A stretch of 63,381 bases of DNA, filler included, from Actinomycetota bacterium (GTDB taxonomy: Bacteria > Actinomycetota > CADDZG01 > JAHWKV01 > JAOPZY01): the NCBI GenBank assembly GCA_025963875.1. It is 5 parts of 5 records of this genome, joined end to end, with 100 filler letters (N's around TTAATTAATTAA, not from the genome) between each part and the next. Parts side by side here need not be neighbours in the genome. Positions count along the whole stretch, not along the records: positions 1 to 29,570 come from JAOPZY010000152.1; 4 more parts are not named here. One strand, written 5' to 3'. Below, piece after piece: positions 1-14,641 of the stretch. The translations under genes and the position numbers were made by a program. The notes below the pieces were generated by a model. That model was given only the letters and a program-made list of their open reading frames with translations. It had not been told where the DNA came from and made no database searches. Each line of letters opens with the position of its first letter. The stretch's first letter is position 1.

Positions 1-1287
<1,287 letters not shown>

Positions 1288-1290
1288 GCG

Positions 1291-3186
1291 TCAGCCCGCT
1301 TCTCGCTCTGTATCCAGCTCGAGCCCGTGCAGGGCGTTGTAGATCCTTCCTGCCAGGCTGCGGCCGATGCCGGGCACCAGCGCGATGTCGTCCGGGGCCG
1401 CGCGCAGCAGGCCCTTCACCGAGCCGAAGTGGCGCACGAGCGCCTTCTTGCGGACATCCCCGACGCCGGGCAGCTTGTCGAGCAGGCTGGAGGTCATCCG
1501 GGGCGTCCGCTTCGTACGCTGGTACCCCACGGCGAAACGGTGCGCCTCGTCCCGGATCCGCTGCAGCAGGTAGAGCGCCTCGGAGCCCCGCGGGATGATG
1601 CGGGGCTCGGGCTCCCCCGGGCGGTAGACCTCCTCGAAGCGCTTCGCCAGCGAGGCCACCGGGATGTCGGACAGGCCCAGGTCCGCCAGGACCTCCACCG
1701 CCCGGTTGAGCTGGCCCTTGCCGCCGTCGATGACCACCAGGCCGGGGCGGTAGGAGAACCGGCTCGCCCGGTCCTTCTCCTTGCCCACCTCGTCCAGGTA
1801 GCGCTGGAAGCGCCGCTGGATCATCTCGCCCATCGAGGCGACGTCGTCCTGGCCCTCGACGGTGCGCATCTTGAACTTGCGGTAGTCCGACTTCCTCGGC
1901 AGGGCATCCTCGAAGACGACCATCGAACCGACGACATCGGTCGTTCCCAGGTTGGAGATGTCGTAGCACTCGATCCGCAGCGGCGCCTCGTCGAGGCCGA
2001 GGTGGTCCTTCAGCTCGTTGAGGGCCCGGGAGCGGGCTGCGAAGTCGCTGGCCCGCTTGAGGCGGCTCTGGGAGAAGCCCTCCCTGGCGTTGTCCTCGAC
2101 CGTCGCCAGGAGCTTGCGCTTCGCCCCCCGCTCGGGCACGCGGATGGCCACCTTCGTCCCCCGCAGCATGGCGAGCCACTCGAGCATGACCTCCTCGTTG
2201 GCGGGCACCACCGGCACCAGGATCTCCTTGGGGACGTCGGTCCCCGTGGGGCCGTCCGGATCGCCGTAGAGGTTCTCGAGGAACGAGGCGAGCAGCTCGG
2301 GCGGGTCCAGGTCCTCGACCTTGTCCACGATGAAGCCCTTGCGGCCGGTCACCCGACCCCGGCGAACGAAGAAGACCTGGAAGGAGGCCTCGAGCTCGTC
2401 GCCCGAGAAGGCGATGACGTCGAGGTCCTCGGGACGCTCGGTGACCATCTGCTGGCGCTCGATGACGCGGCCCACCGCAGCCAGCTGGTCGCGGATGCGG
2501 GCGGCCTGCTCGAACTGGAGCGCCTCGGCGGCAGCGGTCATTTCGGCCTGCAGCCGGCGGATCACCGGCTCGTGCGCGCCGTCCATGAAGGCGCAGAAGT
2601 CCTCGACGTGCTTGCGGTACTCCTCCGGCGTGACCGCCCCGACGCACGGCCCGGAACACCGCCCGATGTCGTAGAGCAGGCACGGGCGGCCGGACCGCTT
2701 CGCCCGCTCGAAGACCCCCGGCCGGCTCGTGCGGATGGGGAAGACCCGGATCAGCAGGTCGAGGGTGTCCCGGATGGCGTAGGCGTGGGCGAACGGCCCG
2801 TAGTACTTCACGCCCTTGCGCTTCTTGCCCCGCACGACCATCGCCCGGGGGACCTCCTCGTCGAGGGTGACGGCGAGGTAGGGGTACGACTTGTCGTCGC
2901 GGTACCGGACGTTGAACCGGGGCCGGTACTTCTTGATCATCGTGACCTCGAGCTGGAGGGCTTCCACCTCGTTGGCGGTGACGATCCACTCCACCCTGGC
3001 CGCCTCGCTCACCATCGCAACGGTTCGGGGATGCAGGCCGAGGCCGAAGTAGTTGGGCACCCGGTGGCGAAGGCTCTTCGCCTTGCCCACATAGATGACG
3101 CGGTCGGACGCATCCCGGAAGAAGTAGACGCCGCTGGAGTCTGGGATGTCGCCGCTGCGGGGCCGCCAGGCCGCATTGTGAGCCAT
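1291..3186 (-). CDS. uvrC: Excinuclease ABC subunit C
   Basis: GIY-YIG (GVYFF..IYVGKAKSLR), RIECYDISN, IDGGKGQ, RDEAHRFA, HhH; start chosen 6 nt after a TACAAT -10. Confidence 0.97.
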   Translation of the reverse strand: MAHNAAWRPRSGDIPDSSGVYFFRDASDRVIYVGKAKSLRHRVPNYFGLGLHPRTVAMVSEAARVEWIVTANEVEALQLEVTMIKKYRPRFNVRYRDDKSYPYLAVTLDEEVPRAMVVRGKKRKGVKYYGPFAHAYAIRDTLDLLIRVFPIRTSRPGVFERAKRSGRPCLLYDIGRCSGPCVGAVTPEEYRKHVEDFCAFMDGAHEPVIRRLQAEMTAAAEALQFEQAARIRDQLAAVGRVIERQQMVTERPEDLDVIAFSGDELEASFQVFFVRRGRVTGRKGFIVDKVEDLDPPELLASFLENLYGDPDGPTGTDVPKEILVPVVPANEEVMLEWLAMLRGTKVAIRVPERGAKRKLLATVEDNAREGFSQSRLKRASDFAARSRALNELKDHLGLDEAPLRIECYDISNLGTTDVVGSMVVFEDALPRKSDYRKFKMRTVEGQDDVASMGEMIQRRFQRYLDEVGKEKDRASRFSYRPGLVVIDGGKGQLNRAVEVLADLGLSDIPVASLAKRFEEVYRPGEPEPRIIPRGSEALYLLQRIRDEAHRFAVGYQRTKRTPRMTSSLLDKLPGVGDVRKKALVRHFGSVKGLLRAAPDDIALVPGIGRSLAGRIYNALHGLELDTEREAG

Positions 3187-3296
3187 CGACCCATTGTAGG
3201 AGCCGTCCGGCTCGCGGCTCGCCCTTCGGGCTGCGCTTGTCGCTGCTAAAAACTGGGAAAGACCCCTGCGCACAGGTCCAAGGGAGGGGGTTCACG

Positions 3297-3950
3297 TTGG
3301 CAATCCAACAGCGGTCGCGGGCGGCCTCGGCGGGACACCGGGCGGCCGCCGCCGTCGCCACCGGTCTCGCGGCGGGAGGCGTTGCGTCACGGCTCGCGCC
3401 CTGGCAGGCGGCGGTCCTGCTTGGCTGGTCGGCGGCGGCCCTTGTGTACGTGGTCTGGGTTCTGCAATCGATCTCCGGCAAAGGCGCCGAGGAGACCGCT
3501 CGGATCGCCACCCGCGAGGACGGTAGCCGAACGGCTGCCGATCTCATGCTGCTCGGCGCCGCGATCGGCAGCCTCGGGGCCGTCCTCATGTCGCTCGTCA
3601 AAGCGTCCAGCGAACACGGCGTCGCCAAGGCCCTGCTCACCGTGGTGGCCGTGGCCAGCGTCTTCCTGTCATGGGCCGTGGTCCACCTGACATTCACCCT
3701 GCGCTACGCTCGGCTCTTCTTCACCGAACCGCAGGGGGGCATCAACTTTCACGAGGACAAACGGGACGCCACCTACGTCGACTTCGCCTACGTGGCCTTC
3801 ACCATCGGGATGACCTACCAGGTGTCGGATACCGATCTGAGCAAGCGTCAGATCCGCGCCGCCGCGCTTCGCCACGCCCTGCTCTCGTACCTGTTCGGCA
3901 CCGTCATCATCGCCATGACGATCAACGTCATCGCCGGGCTCGCCAAATAA
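3297..3950 (+). CDS. DUF1345 family membrane protein
   Basis: DFAYVAFTIGMTYQVSDT and HALLSYLFGT motifs, several TM helices; TTG start after GGAGG is tentative. Confidence 0.85.
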   Translation: MAIQQRSRAASAGHRAAAAVATGLAAGGVASRLAPWQAAVLLGWSAAALVYVVWVLQSISGKGAEETARIATREDGSRTAADLMLLGAAIGSLGAVLMSLVKASSEHGVAKALLTVVAVASVFLSWAVVHLTFTLRYARLFFTEPQGGINFHEDKRDATYVDFAYVAFTIGMTYQVSDTDLSKRQIRAAALRHALLSYLFGTVIIAMTINVIAGLAK

Positions 3951-3999
3951 CAGCCGGGGCACAGGCGGAGCAAAGCAAGCCTGGGAAGGATGAACCGAC

Positions 4000-5454
4000 G
4001 TGAAACCGGTCTCCGCGTTGCGCAAGCTCGACCACTCCCTGTCCCGGAAGGCGACGTCGCTGCGGTCGCGCCGGCTCGACGAGACGCTCATCCCGCTCAG
4101 CCGGGCTGCCGACCACTCCCTGCTGTGGCTGGGGATCGCCGCCCTGATGGCCGTGGCCGGCGGCCGCTTCGGGCGCCGGGCGGCCCTGCGCGGCGTCCTG
4201 TCGTTGGGGCTGACGTCGGCCCTCGTCAACGGACCCCTGAAGATGATTGCCCGCCGCGGGCGGCCGGAACCGGACAGGGGCCTGACGACCCCGCTGCACC
4301 GCAGCCCCAGGACCGCCTCCTTCCCCTCCGGCCATGCGGCGTCGGCCTTCGCCTTCGCCACCGGCGCGGCGCTGGAGTCGCCGGCCCTGGGGGCACCGCT
4401 GGGCGTCGCCGCTGCGGCGGTGGCCGCCTCCAGGGTCTATGCCGGCGTCCACTATCCCGCCGACGTCCTCGCCGGATCCCTGGTGGGTGCCGCGGTGGCC
4501 GTGGGGACCACCAGGTTCTGGCCGCTCACCTCCCACAAGCCCGCCAAGGTCCGCCCCGGCCTCACCAGGGTCGACACCGAGTCGTTCCCTGAGGGAGACG
4601 GGATCACGTTCGTCGTCAATCCGACCGCCGGCCCTGCCTTCATGCCGAACCCGGCCCACGCCCTCCGGGAGGCCCTGCCGTTGGCGAGGGTCATCGAGAC
4701 GGGCGAGGATCTCGACATGGAGGACGCCCTCAGGATGGCGGCCGCCGAGGCCCGAGCCATCGGCATCGCCGGCGGCGACGGCTCGGTCAACGGCGCGGCG
4801 GAGGAGGCGCTGGCCCACAACCTTCCCCTCGTCGTCGTGCCCACCGGGACGCTGAACCACCTCGCCCGGGACCTCGGCCTGGACTCAGTCAAGGACTCCG
4901 TCGAGGCCGTCCAGCACGGCCACGCCGCGGCGGTCGACGTCGGGACCATCGACGGCAAGCCGTTCCTGAACACCGCGAGCTTCGGCAGCTACGTCGAGCT
5001 CGTCGATGCCCGCGAGAAGCTCGAGCGCCGGATCGGCAAGTGGCCTGCGGTCCTCGTGGCCCTCGTCAAGGTGCTGCGCGCCTCGGAGCCCGTGAAGGTC
5101 GAGATCAACGGCGAGGTGCTCCAGGTGTGGATGATCTTCATCGGCAACTGCGCCTACCGCCCCCAGGGCTTCGCCCCGAGCTGGCGGGAGCGCCTCGACG
5201 ACGGGCTGCTCGACGTCCGCATCGTGGACGGCCGGCACCCGTGGTCGCGCGCCCGCCTCGTCCTCGCCCTGCTGACGGGGAGGCTGGGCCGGTGCAAGGT
5301 GTACGACGCGAGCCTCGTGCGGCGCCTCGACGTCAGGTTCCTCGATCCGGGACCGGTGCGCCTGGCCCGGGACGGGGAGACGTTCGAGGGGTCGCGCCAC
5401 TTCAAGGTCGAGAAGAAGCGGCCCGCGCTCAACATCTACGTGCCCCGGGCTTGA
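4000..5454 (+). CDS. Bifunctional PAP2 phosphatase / diacylglycerol kinase-like protein
   Basis: K-x6-RP, SFPSGH, SRVYAGVHYPAD; then GGDGS and PTGTLNHLARDLG. Confidence 0.9.
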   Translation: MKPVSALRKLDHSLSRKATSLRSRRLDETLIPLSRAADHSLLWLGIAALMAVAGGRFGRRAALRGVLSLGLTSALVNGPLKMIARRGRPEPDRGLTTPLHRSPRTASFPSGHAASAFAFATGAALESPALGAPLGVAAAAVAASRVYAGVHYPADVLAGSLVGAAVAVGTTRFWPLTSHKPAKVRPGLTRVDTESFPEGDGITFVVNPTAGPAFMPNPAHALREALPLARVIETGEDLDMEDALRMAAAEARAIGIAGGDGSVNGAAEEALAHNLPLVVVPTGTLNHLARDLGLDSVKDSVEAVQHGHAAAVDVGTIDGKPFLNTASFGSYVELVDAREKLERRIGKWPAVLVALVKVLRASEPVKVEINGEVLQVWMIFIGNCAYRPQGFAPSWRERLDDGLLDVRIVDGRHPWSRARLVLALLTGRLGRCKVYDASLVRRLDVRFLDPGPVRLARDGETFEGSRHFKVEKKRPALNIYVPRA

Positions 5455-6122
5455 CCGGGAGGCCCCGGGGACTGCTGCTCGCCGTCGTCCTGGCGTGCTT
5501 CTTCCTCGCCGCACTGGAGAGCGTCGTGTCCCGGCTGGGCATCGAGCAGCTCGACGCCCCGGCCAGCCGACTCGTGGCCTCCGAACGGACGGCCGGCCTG
5601 ACCACGATGGCCAAGGCCGTGACCGTCCTCGGAAGCCCCGGGTTCACCGTGGCCGTGGCGGTCGTCGCCATGGTGGTGCTGATCTGGCGTTTCCACTGGC
5701 CGGAGGCTGCGGTGTTCCTCGCCGTCGCCGTGGCCGGCGGCGACCTGTCCTACGTCGTCCTCAAGCACCTGGTCCACCGCGCCCGGCCCCCCGGCGCCCT
5801 CGTGCACCTGTCCACCTTCTCGTTCCCCTCCGGGCACGCGGTCGGCGCCACCACCCTGTACCTCGGCCTGGCGTGGATCGTCTCCCGGCGTCACGCCAGC
5901 CGCCCCGCCCGCCTGGCGGCGTGGTCGGGGGCGCTGCTGATCGTCGTCGCCGTCGGCGCGACGCGCATCGTGCTCGGCGTGCACTACGCCTCTGACGTGA
6001 TCGGCGGATTCGCCCTCGGGGCGTTCTGGGTGGTGGCCGCCGCCACCGTCTGGGGTGCGTGCGAATTGTTGCGGCCCCGCCGTACCGGTGGACGTGTCAC
6101 CATCGATACCCAGACGAGGTAG
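5451..6122 (+). CDS. PAP2 family membrane phosphatase
   Basis: KHLVHRARP, SFPSGHA, TRIVLGVHYASDV; TTGA overlap with the upstream stop. Confidence 0.88.
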   Translation: MTGRPRGLLLAVVLACFFLAALESVVSRLGIEQLDAPASRLVASERTAGLTTMAKAVTVLGSPGFTVAVAVVAMVVLIWRFHWPEAAVFLAVAVAGGDLSYVVLKHLVHRARPPGALVHLSTFSFPSGHAVGATTLYLGLAWIVSRRHASRPARLAAWSGALLIVVAVGATRIVLGVHYASDVIGGFALGAFWVVAAATVWGACELLRPRRTGGRVTIDTQTR

Positions 6123-6213
6123 CCTGCCGGGGCGGTGAGCTCCGTCTGCTGGCCTAGGAAGTCCCGACCCTGGGTGGTCTCAAATGTGGCAACACATCGG
6201 TGTGGAGGAGTCA

Positions 6214-6843
6214 ATGCGTGACGCCGTAGGAGCCAACGAGTCGTCGGAGGCGAAGCAGCGCATTGTGGCTGCCGCCATCGACGTCATCGCCACGGAGGGG
6301 TTCGGAGGCGCCACCGCCCGCGCCATCGCCCGGTCCGCAGGGTGCAACCAGGCCCTCATCTACTACTACTTCGGCAACATCAAGCAGCTCTACCTGGCGG
6401 CACTCGGCGAGAGCTGCCGGCGTCGCATGGACTTCTACCGGGCCAAGATCGGCGAGATCCACTCCATCGAGGACCTTGCGAGGGTCGGGGAGTCACTCTG
6501 GCTGGACGACATCCGTTCCTCGCACATGACCGTGGCGGCCGAGATGGTGTCCGCCGCCCTCCAGCACCCGGACCTGGGGAGGGAGGTCGTCGCCCAGATG
6601 GAACCGTGGGTCGCCATCGCCGAGGAGGCCATCTCCCGAGCGATCGAGGGGACGCTGGTGGCCAAGCTGGTCTCGACCCACGACCTGGCCCAGGCCCTGG
6701 TCGCGCTGTTCCTGGGCATGGAGCTGATGTACCACCTGGATCACGACGCCGGGCTGTCCAAGCGGCTGTTCGCTATGTTCAGCCGGGTGTCGAAGATCGC
6801 CTCCCCCCTGCTGTCGAGCCCGTTGCTGCGGGTGGGGAACTGA
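6214..6843 (+). CDS. TetR/AcrR family transcriptional regulator
   Basis: HTH RIVAAAIDVIATEGFGGATARAIARSAGCNQALIYYYF; GGAGG RBS. Confidence 0.9.
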   Translation: MRDAVGANESSEAKQRIVAAAIDVIATEGFGGATARAIARSAGCNQALIYYYFGNIKQLYLAALGESCRRRMDFYRAKIGEIHSIEDLARVGESLWLDDIRSSHMTVAAEMVSAALQHPDLGREVVAQMEPWVAIAEEAISRAIEGTLVAKLVSTHDLAQALVALFLGMELMYHLDHDAGLSKRLFAMFSRVSKIASPLLSSPLLRVGN

Positions 6844-6878
6844 GGAGTTTTTGTGCAGTCATACGCGTAAAAAGCTCC

Positions 6879-6881
<3 letters not shown>
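6841..6881. terminator. Inverted repeat between convergent tetR and uvrA
   Basis: TGAGGAGTTTTT...AAAAAGCTCCTCA. Confidence 0.6.
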
Positions 6882-9836
<2,955 letters not shown>

Positions 9837-9943
9837 TGTGCCTCAACTGCGGGCTGGACTGCGGGGGGAAATTGCAGAGAGGGAATTCCCGGATGGGCAA
9901 CGTCTTCCTTCTCCACACGGGGAGCCGGTGCGAGGATGGCGGC

Positions 9944-10255
9944 ATGCACCCGACGTTGCTGGCGCTCCTCGAGGTCCTCCTGCTGGCCGGCGGCAGCCTC
10001 GCCGCCCGCTGGTTCGTGCGGCGGGTGGGCCGGGGCGAGCGGAAGCTGGTCCTGATGGCCTCCGTGTCCGCCTGGCTCGTGCTGTTCGGCCTGGTGCCGT
10101 TCTCTGTCTTCGCCGCCTTCGTGCGGCCCGGGACGAGTCAGGCGGCCGGACCGGTCGAGACCTTGATCCTCAACATCGTGCCCCTCGCGCTCGTCGCGTC
10201 GCCCGCGCTGGGGATCGCGCAGGCCCTGGTCCTGACGGGCAGGAGGGGAGGTTAG
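9944..10255 (+). CDS. Small three-helix membrane protein
   Basis: Hydrophobic segments from MHPTLLALLEVLLLAGG; fills the intergenic gap. Confidence 0.55.
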   Translation: MHPTLLALLEVLLLAGGSLAARWFVRRVGRGERKLVLMASVSAWLVLFGLVPFSVFAAFVRPGTSQAAGPVETLILNIVPLALVASPALGIAQALVLTGRRGG

Positions 10256-10836
10256 AGGGTCCCGGCGACCGCCTTGGCCAGCGCGACCACGTCGGCCTTC
10301 ATCTTGGCGGCATCGAGGACGACCCCGACCGGAGCCTTGAACTGGGCCAGCACGAAGTAGACGGTGTCGCCCTTGTGGAAGACGATGCCCGTGTTGTTCG
10401 GGTCGTAGTACGCGTCGTCGCCGACACCGAGCACCACGACGTCCCCGCTGGTCAGCCCGGTGGCCTTGGCAACCTCGTAGTTCGGGGCTTTCCAGATCGC
10501 CATGTGGGCGATTTGCACCGCCCCGTCGACCCCGAGGTTGGACGCCTTCACCGAGTAGGTGCACGCCGGGTTGCCGAGGAAGGGTCCGGACTGGGCCACG
10601 GAGGCGCTGCCCCCGAAGGACGCCGTGACGGTCGACGTGGGCACGTTGGCACAGACGTCGGAGCCGCTCGGCGTAGAGCTCGCCGTCGCGGTCGGCGTCG
10701 CCGACCCACCCGCCGGCGGCCGGGTGGAAGACGCAGAGGGCGACGTGGAGGAGCAGGCGGCCAGACCAGACAGCACGACGGCGACGGCGACTGCGGACAG
10801 CGCTGCCCTGGACGGAAAACGAAACAGAATCGACAC
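10252..10836 (-). CDS. Putative lipoprotein (DUF3558-like)
   Basis: Signal peptide with lipobox LAAC, Ser/Thr/Pro linker, DVC...ACTY Cys pair. Confidence 0.7.
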   Translation of the reverse strand: MSILFRFPSRAALSAVAVAVVLSGLAACSSTSPSASSTRPPAGGSATPTATASSTPSGSDVCANVPTSTVTASFGGSASVAQSGPFLGNPACTYSVKASNLGVDGAVQIAHMAIWKAPNYEVAKATGLTSGDVVVLGVGDDAYYDPNNTGIVFHKGDTVYFVLAQFKAPVGVVLDAAKMKADVVALAKAVAGTL

Positions 10837-10894
10837 GATGGAGGCGGACAGTAGCACGCGGGCTCCCCCTGTCAAGGCAGGTAGAGTGGCCGCC

Positions 10895-11413
10895 GTGACC
10901 GAGGAACGCACCGGGGAGGCCTTCGAGCTGGGGGAGCAGCTCACCGTCGTGGGCAGCAGGCTGCGCCCCGGCGACCCTGCGCCCGACTTCGCCCTCGACC
11001 ACTTCGATGGGAACGCCATCACGACGGTCCGGCTCGCCGACACGGCGGGCCGGGTGCGGCTCCTGTCGGTCGTCAATTCCCTGGACACGCCGGTGTGCGA
11101 CGTCCAGACGCGCCGCTGGGCCTCGACGGCGCCGGAGGGCGTCGTCGTCTACACGATCAGCATGGACCTCCCGTTCGCCCAGCAGCGCTGGATGGGCGAC
11201 GCGGGGGCCGAGCACGCCGCCCTCTCCTCCCACCGCAGCGAGGATTTCGGGACCGACTACGGGGTGCTCATCAAGGAGTGGCGCATGCTCCAGCGGGCGC
11301 TGTTCGTCGTCGACGGGGACGGCACCATCGTGTATGCCGAGTACGTGGCCGACCAGATGCAGGAGCCGGACTACGGCGCGGCAGTGGCGGTGGCCGGGCT
11401 CCGCCCCCTCTAG
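10895..11413 (+). CDS. tpx: Thiol peroxidase (Tpx-type peroxiredoxin)
   Basis: GDPAPDF, SLDTPVCDVQTRR, ISMDLPFAQQRW, LQRALFVVD. Confidence 0.9.
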   Translation: MTEERTGEAFELGEQLTVVGSRLRPGDPAPDFALDHFDGNAITTVRLADTAGRVRLLSVVNSLDTPVCDVQTRRWASTAPEGVVVYTISMDLPFAQQRWMGDAGAEHAALSSHRSEDFGTDYGVLIKEWRMLQRALFVVDGDGTIVYAEYVADQMQEPDYGAAVAVAGLRPL

Positions 11414-12063
11414 CTCGCGGTGAGCGCCGCCTTGGCCACCAGGTCGCCCTGTGCGTTCCGGAGCTGCACCAGGCGCACGTCACTGAGCGTCACGTCGACC
11501 GCCCGCCCCCAGCTCCCCACGCCGCCGTGCATCGTGAAGCTGCCGATGGGCACGGTCCGCCCGTCTTTCAGCAGGAGCTCGCAGGCGTAGGACTCCTCAC
11601 TCCCGGCACCGTGGAGGGTCATGAAGACCCACGAAGGCTTGTCGGCCCGGGCGTAGACCTGCCCTGCCAACGGTTCGGCGGATTCGGCCCCGGTGTGGAC
11701 GAAGCTCGCCACCGCCACCATGGCCACCGACCGCGACCCCGAGCCCAGGTGGCCCGGCACGTAGCCGATGGCCAGGCCGCAGGCGAGGGCGGCAGCCGCG
11801 GCGAGCGCCACCAGGCGCCACCGGCGCCGCTGCGCCGGCTTCAACCCCGCCATCACCCGCCGGGTGAAGCCAGGGGGTGGCTCGACCTCGGGCGCCATGA
11901 GCAGCAGGCTGTCGGCGGTGTCGGACAGCTTGTTCAGGAGGCGCCGGCAATCCGTGCAGCCGTCCAGGTGGGCGAGGACGGCCGAGCGCTGGTCCCCGGG
12001 CAGGGTGCCCAGCGCCAGTTCCGGGGCCAGCTCCTCCACGTCGGGGCAGGAGAGCTGGCTCAC
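11410..12063 (-). CDS. Zinc-binding anti-sigma factor (zf-HC2, RskA-like)
   Basis: HLDGCTDC motif, one TM helix, coupled to the ECF sigma. Confidence 0.85.
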   Translation of the reverse strand: MSQLSCPDVEELAPELALGTLPGDQRSAVLAHLDGCTDCRRLLNKLSDTADSLLLMAPEVEPPPGFTRRVMAGLKPAQRRRWRLVALAAAAALACGLAIGYVPGHLGSGSRSVAMVAVASFVHTGAESAEPLAGQVYARADKPSWVFMTLHGAGSEESYACELLLKDGRTVPIGSFTMHGGVGSWGRAVDVTLSDVRLVQLRNAQGDLVAKAALTAS

Positions 12064-12686
12064 GGCGACACCGTGCCCTGGTCGAGGAGGCCCCGCAGCT
12101 TGATCATGCCGGCGCGGATCCTGGTCTTGGCGGTGCCCAGGGGGATGCCCTCCATGTCGGCGATCTCCTTGGCGGTGCGCCCGTAGAAGGCAGCGAGCAC
12201 CAGGGCCCGGCGCTGGTCGACGGGAAGCCGGGCCACCGCGCCCCGGACCCCCCTGGCCGTGTCGGCGAGGACGGCCGCCTCGGCGGGGCCGAGGTCGTGG
12301 CTGGGGATCTCGAAGGTCGTCATGGGATACGGCTCGGACGGCCGTGCCCGGTGGAGGCGAAGCGCATCGATGGCCAGATTGCGGGTGATCGTCAGCAGCC
12401 ACGTCGCCACCGCACCACGGCGCGGATCGTAGGCACCGGCATTGCGCCACGCCTTCGTCAACGCCTCCTGAGCGAGGTCCTCTGCGAGCACGGGGTCGCC
12501 GACGATGCTGAGCGCCAAGCCGTACACCCGGGCCTGGAAGCGCTTCACGAAGGCCGACGCCGCCGCGCGCTCCCCGAGCCCCATCCCCTCGAGGAGGGCT
12601 TCGTCGGACAGGTTCGTGGAGCTCAGGCGATCCCGCACGCCTGATAGTACGTCCGTGCCCACCGACCTGGTCAATGCTCTCACCAC
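12060..12686 (-). CDS. ECF sigma factor (SigK-like)
   Basis: AEDLAQEAL, WLLTITRNLAID, GIPLGTAKTRIRAG. Confidence 0.92.
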   Translation of the reverse strand: MVRALTRSVGTDVLSGVRDRLSSTNLSDEALLEGMGLGERAAASAFVKRFQARVYGLALSIVGDPVLAEDLAQEALTKAWRNAGAYDPRRGAVATWLLTITRNLAIDALRLHRARPSEPYPMTTFEIPSHDLGPAEAAVLADTARGVRGAVARLPVDQRRALVLAAFYGRTAKEIADMEGIPLGTAKTRIRAGMIKLRGLLDQGTVSP

Positions 12687-12691
12687 ATGAA

Positions 12692-12717
12692 TACGTATGG
12701 CGCAGCGGCAGGGATTG
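12692..12717 (-). promoter_or_regulatory. Putative SigK-type autoregulatory promoter
   Basis: CAATCC-n15-ACGTA just upstream of the sigma start; resembles the CCATCC-n15-CCGAA SigK consensus. Confidence 0.5.
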
Positions 12718-12734
12718 ATTCGGTGGTGTCGCCC

Positions 12735-14075
12735 TCAGGCGGCGGGCGCGCCCAGCCGGATCGAGGCGGTGTGCCGGCGGCCGAGGCCGTCCACCCAGGT
12801 CACCCGCACCGTGTCGCCGGGATGGCGGCTGGAGAGGGTCGAGGTGAGGGACGACGGCGAGGTGATGGTCGTGCCGTCCACGCCCACGATCGTGTCGCCG
12901 ATGGCGATGCCCGCCCCCTCGGCAGGGCTGCCAGCGACGATCCCGGCCACGAGGGCGCCCGATCCGGGGTTCTGCTGCACCGCCACGCCCAGGTACCCCC
13001 GCTGCCCCGCCGGCGCCGACGGGGTCGGGACCGTTCCCCCACCGGCGCGGATCTGCGCAGCCACCTGCAGTGCGTGGTTGATGGGGATGGCGAAGCCGAC
13101 CCCGCCTCCGGCGTTGAACCGCACCCGTGAGGACGCCGCCGTGTCCATGCCGACCACCTGCCCGGCCCCGTTCACGAGCGGGCCGCCGGAGTCACCGGGC
13201 TGGAGGGCAGCGCTGGTCTGGATGAGGCCGCTCAGGTTCTCCGAGGTGCCGGCGGTGGGATCGCTCGCGGTGATGTCGCGGTTGAGGCCCACGACGAGCC
13301 CCTGGCTGATCGACGGCGGCCCGGCCCGCCCGAGGGCGTTGCCGAGCGACACGACCCGGTCCCCCACCAGCACCTTGGAGGAGTCACCGAAGGGGGCGAC
13401 CTTGAGGCCGGACGCCCCCTGGAGCTGGATCACCGCCACGTCCTCGGCGACGTCGGTGCCCACGATCGTCGCCGCGTAGGCCCGGCCGGTCCCGCCGAGC
13501 TGGACAGAGACCCGAGTGGCGCCGTCGATGACGTGGTTGTTGGTGAGGATCGCCCCGTTGGATGACAGCACCATGCCCGTGCCGGCCGCGGTGCCGCCCT
13601 GGAAGCCGAGGATCGAGTTCACGTCGACGACCGAGGGATCCACGAGGGCGGCGATCGCCGCCGCGGTCAGGACGTTCGGCGGGGACACCGGAGCCGCGGT
13701 CGCCGGCGGCGAGGCGTTGGCGGCGGGCGCGACCGGGGGGACGGCGGCGGGGACGGAGGTCGAGGCCGCGCCGTCGCTGGGGGTCGGGCTCGGCGACGCC
13801 CCCGGCGAGGGCAGGGTGGACGTGGCGACGGGGGCGTGCTGTGACCCTCCGACCACCGCGTAGGACACCGCGACGACGAGGACGACGACCGCCAGCACGA
13901 TGGCGACCACGAGGAGGGCGGCACCGGTTCGGCGGGGAGGCTGAGGCAGCGGGGCTCCCGGAGGCTGCCACGGCCCGTCCAGCGAGGGCCCCGGATAGGC
14001 CCACACGGGAGGGGCCCCCGCGGCGGGAAGAGGCTCCGTTCGCTCGCCTTCAACCCCGCGTCCATGGAGGCTCAT
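12735..14075 (-). CDS. HtrA-like S1C serine protease with PDZ domain
   Basis: TM anchor, LTNNHV, DVAV, PGDSGGPL, C-terminal PDZ. Confidence 0.93.
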   Translation of the reverse strand: MSLHGRGVEGERTEPLPAAGAPPVWAYPGPSLDGPWQPPGAPLPQPPRRTGAALLVVAIVLAVVVLVVAVSYAVVGGSQHAPVATSTLPSPGASPSPTPSDGAASTSVPAAVPPVAPAANASPPATAAPVSPPNVLTAAAIAALVDPSVVDVNSILGFQGGTAAGTGMVLSSNGAILTNNHVIDGATRVSVQLGGTGRAYAATIVGTDVAEDVAVIQLQGASGLKVAPFGDSSKVLVGDRVVSLGNALGRAGPPSISQGLVVGLNRDITASDPTAGTSENLSGLIQTSAALQPGDSGGPLVNGAGQVVGMDTAASSRVRFNAGGGVGFAIPINHALQVAAQIRAGGGTVPTPSAPAGQRGYLGVAVQQNPGSGALVAGIVAGSPAEGAGIAIGDTIVGVDGTTITSPSSLTSTLSSRHPGDTVRVTWVDGLGRRHTASIRLGAPAA

Positions 14076-14152
14076 GGTGTCCACTTTCCCGTGCTCGTCG
14101 CCTCCCGCGGCGCCAGAACCTTGCGTCCCAGTATTGCACCCGGGCGCCCGGG

Positions 14153-14641
14153 TCAGGGCTCGACTGCGGGTCGCTCCCGGCGAGTGGGGTCGGAGGCGTT
14201 GGCGGCGATGGCGGCGATGGCCCCCGGGCTGAGGATGGCGGCAAGTTCCAGGATGCCGCCGAGAATCTTCGTGCCGGCGTACGCCAGGGCGATGGCAACG
14301 ACCAGGCCGACGCAGCCGCCTATTCCCGAGGCGATGTACCGTCGCCGGTTTCCACCCGTGAGGCGCCCCGACAACCACGCCCCCACCCAGATGCCGGCAA
14401 CGATCACAGCGATCGCGAGCACGAACAGGGCCTCGATGGGAACGCCGAGGAAATGACGAAGCACCCCCCCGAGCATCAAGCTGAGGAGCCCGAAGGCCCC
14501 AACTGATGCGGAGACAACGGCGATGGTGACAATCGACCGGCCCCGGCGGGCGGGATCAACCGGCCACCGTTCGGTTCCCTTGCGGGCCGGGCGGTCGTGG
14601 TAGCGCATGTCGCCGTTGGTTCCGGGGTCGATCTCAGACAA
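14153..14641 (-). CDS. Hypothetical membrane protein
   Basis: About four hydrophobic helices; overlaps the uvrB stop. Confidence 0.6.
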   Translation of the reverse strand: MSEIDPGTNGDMRYHDRPARKGTERWPVDPARRGRSIVTIAVVSASVGAFGLLSLMLGGVLRHFLGVPIEALFVLAIAVIVAGIWVGAWLSGRLTGGNRRRYIASGIGGCVGLVVAIALAYAGTKILGGILELAAILSPGAIAAIAANASDPTRRERPAVEP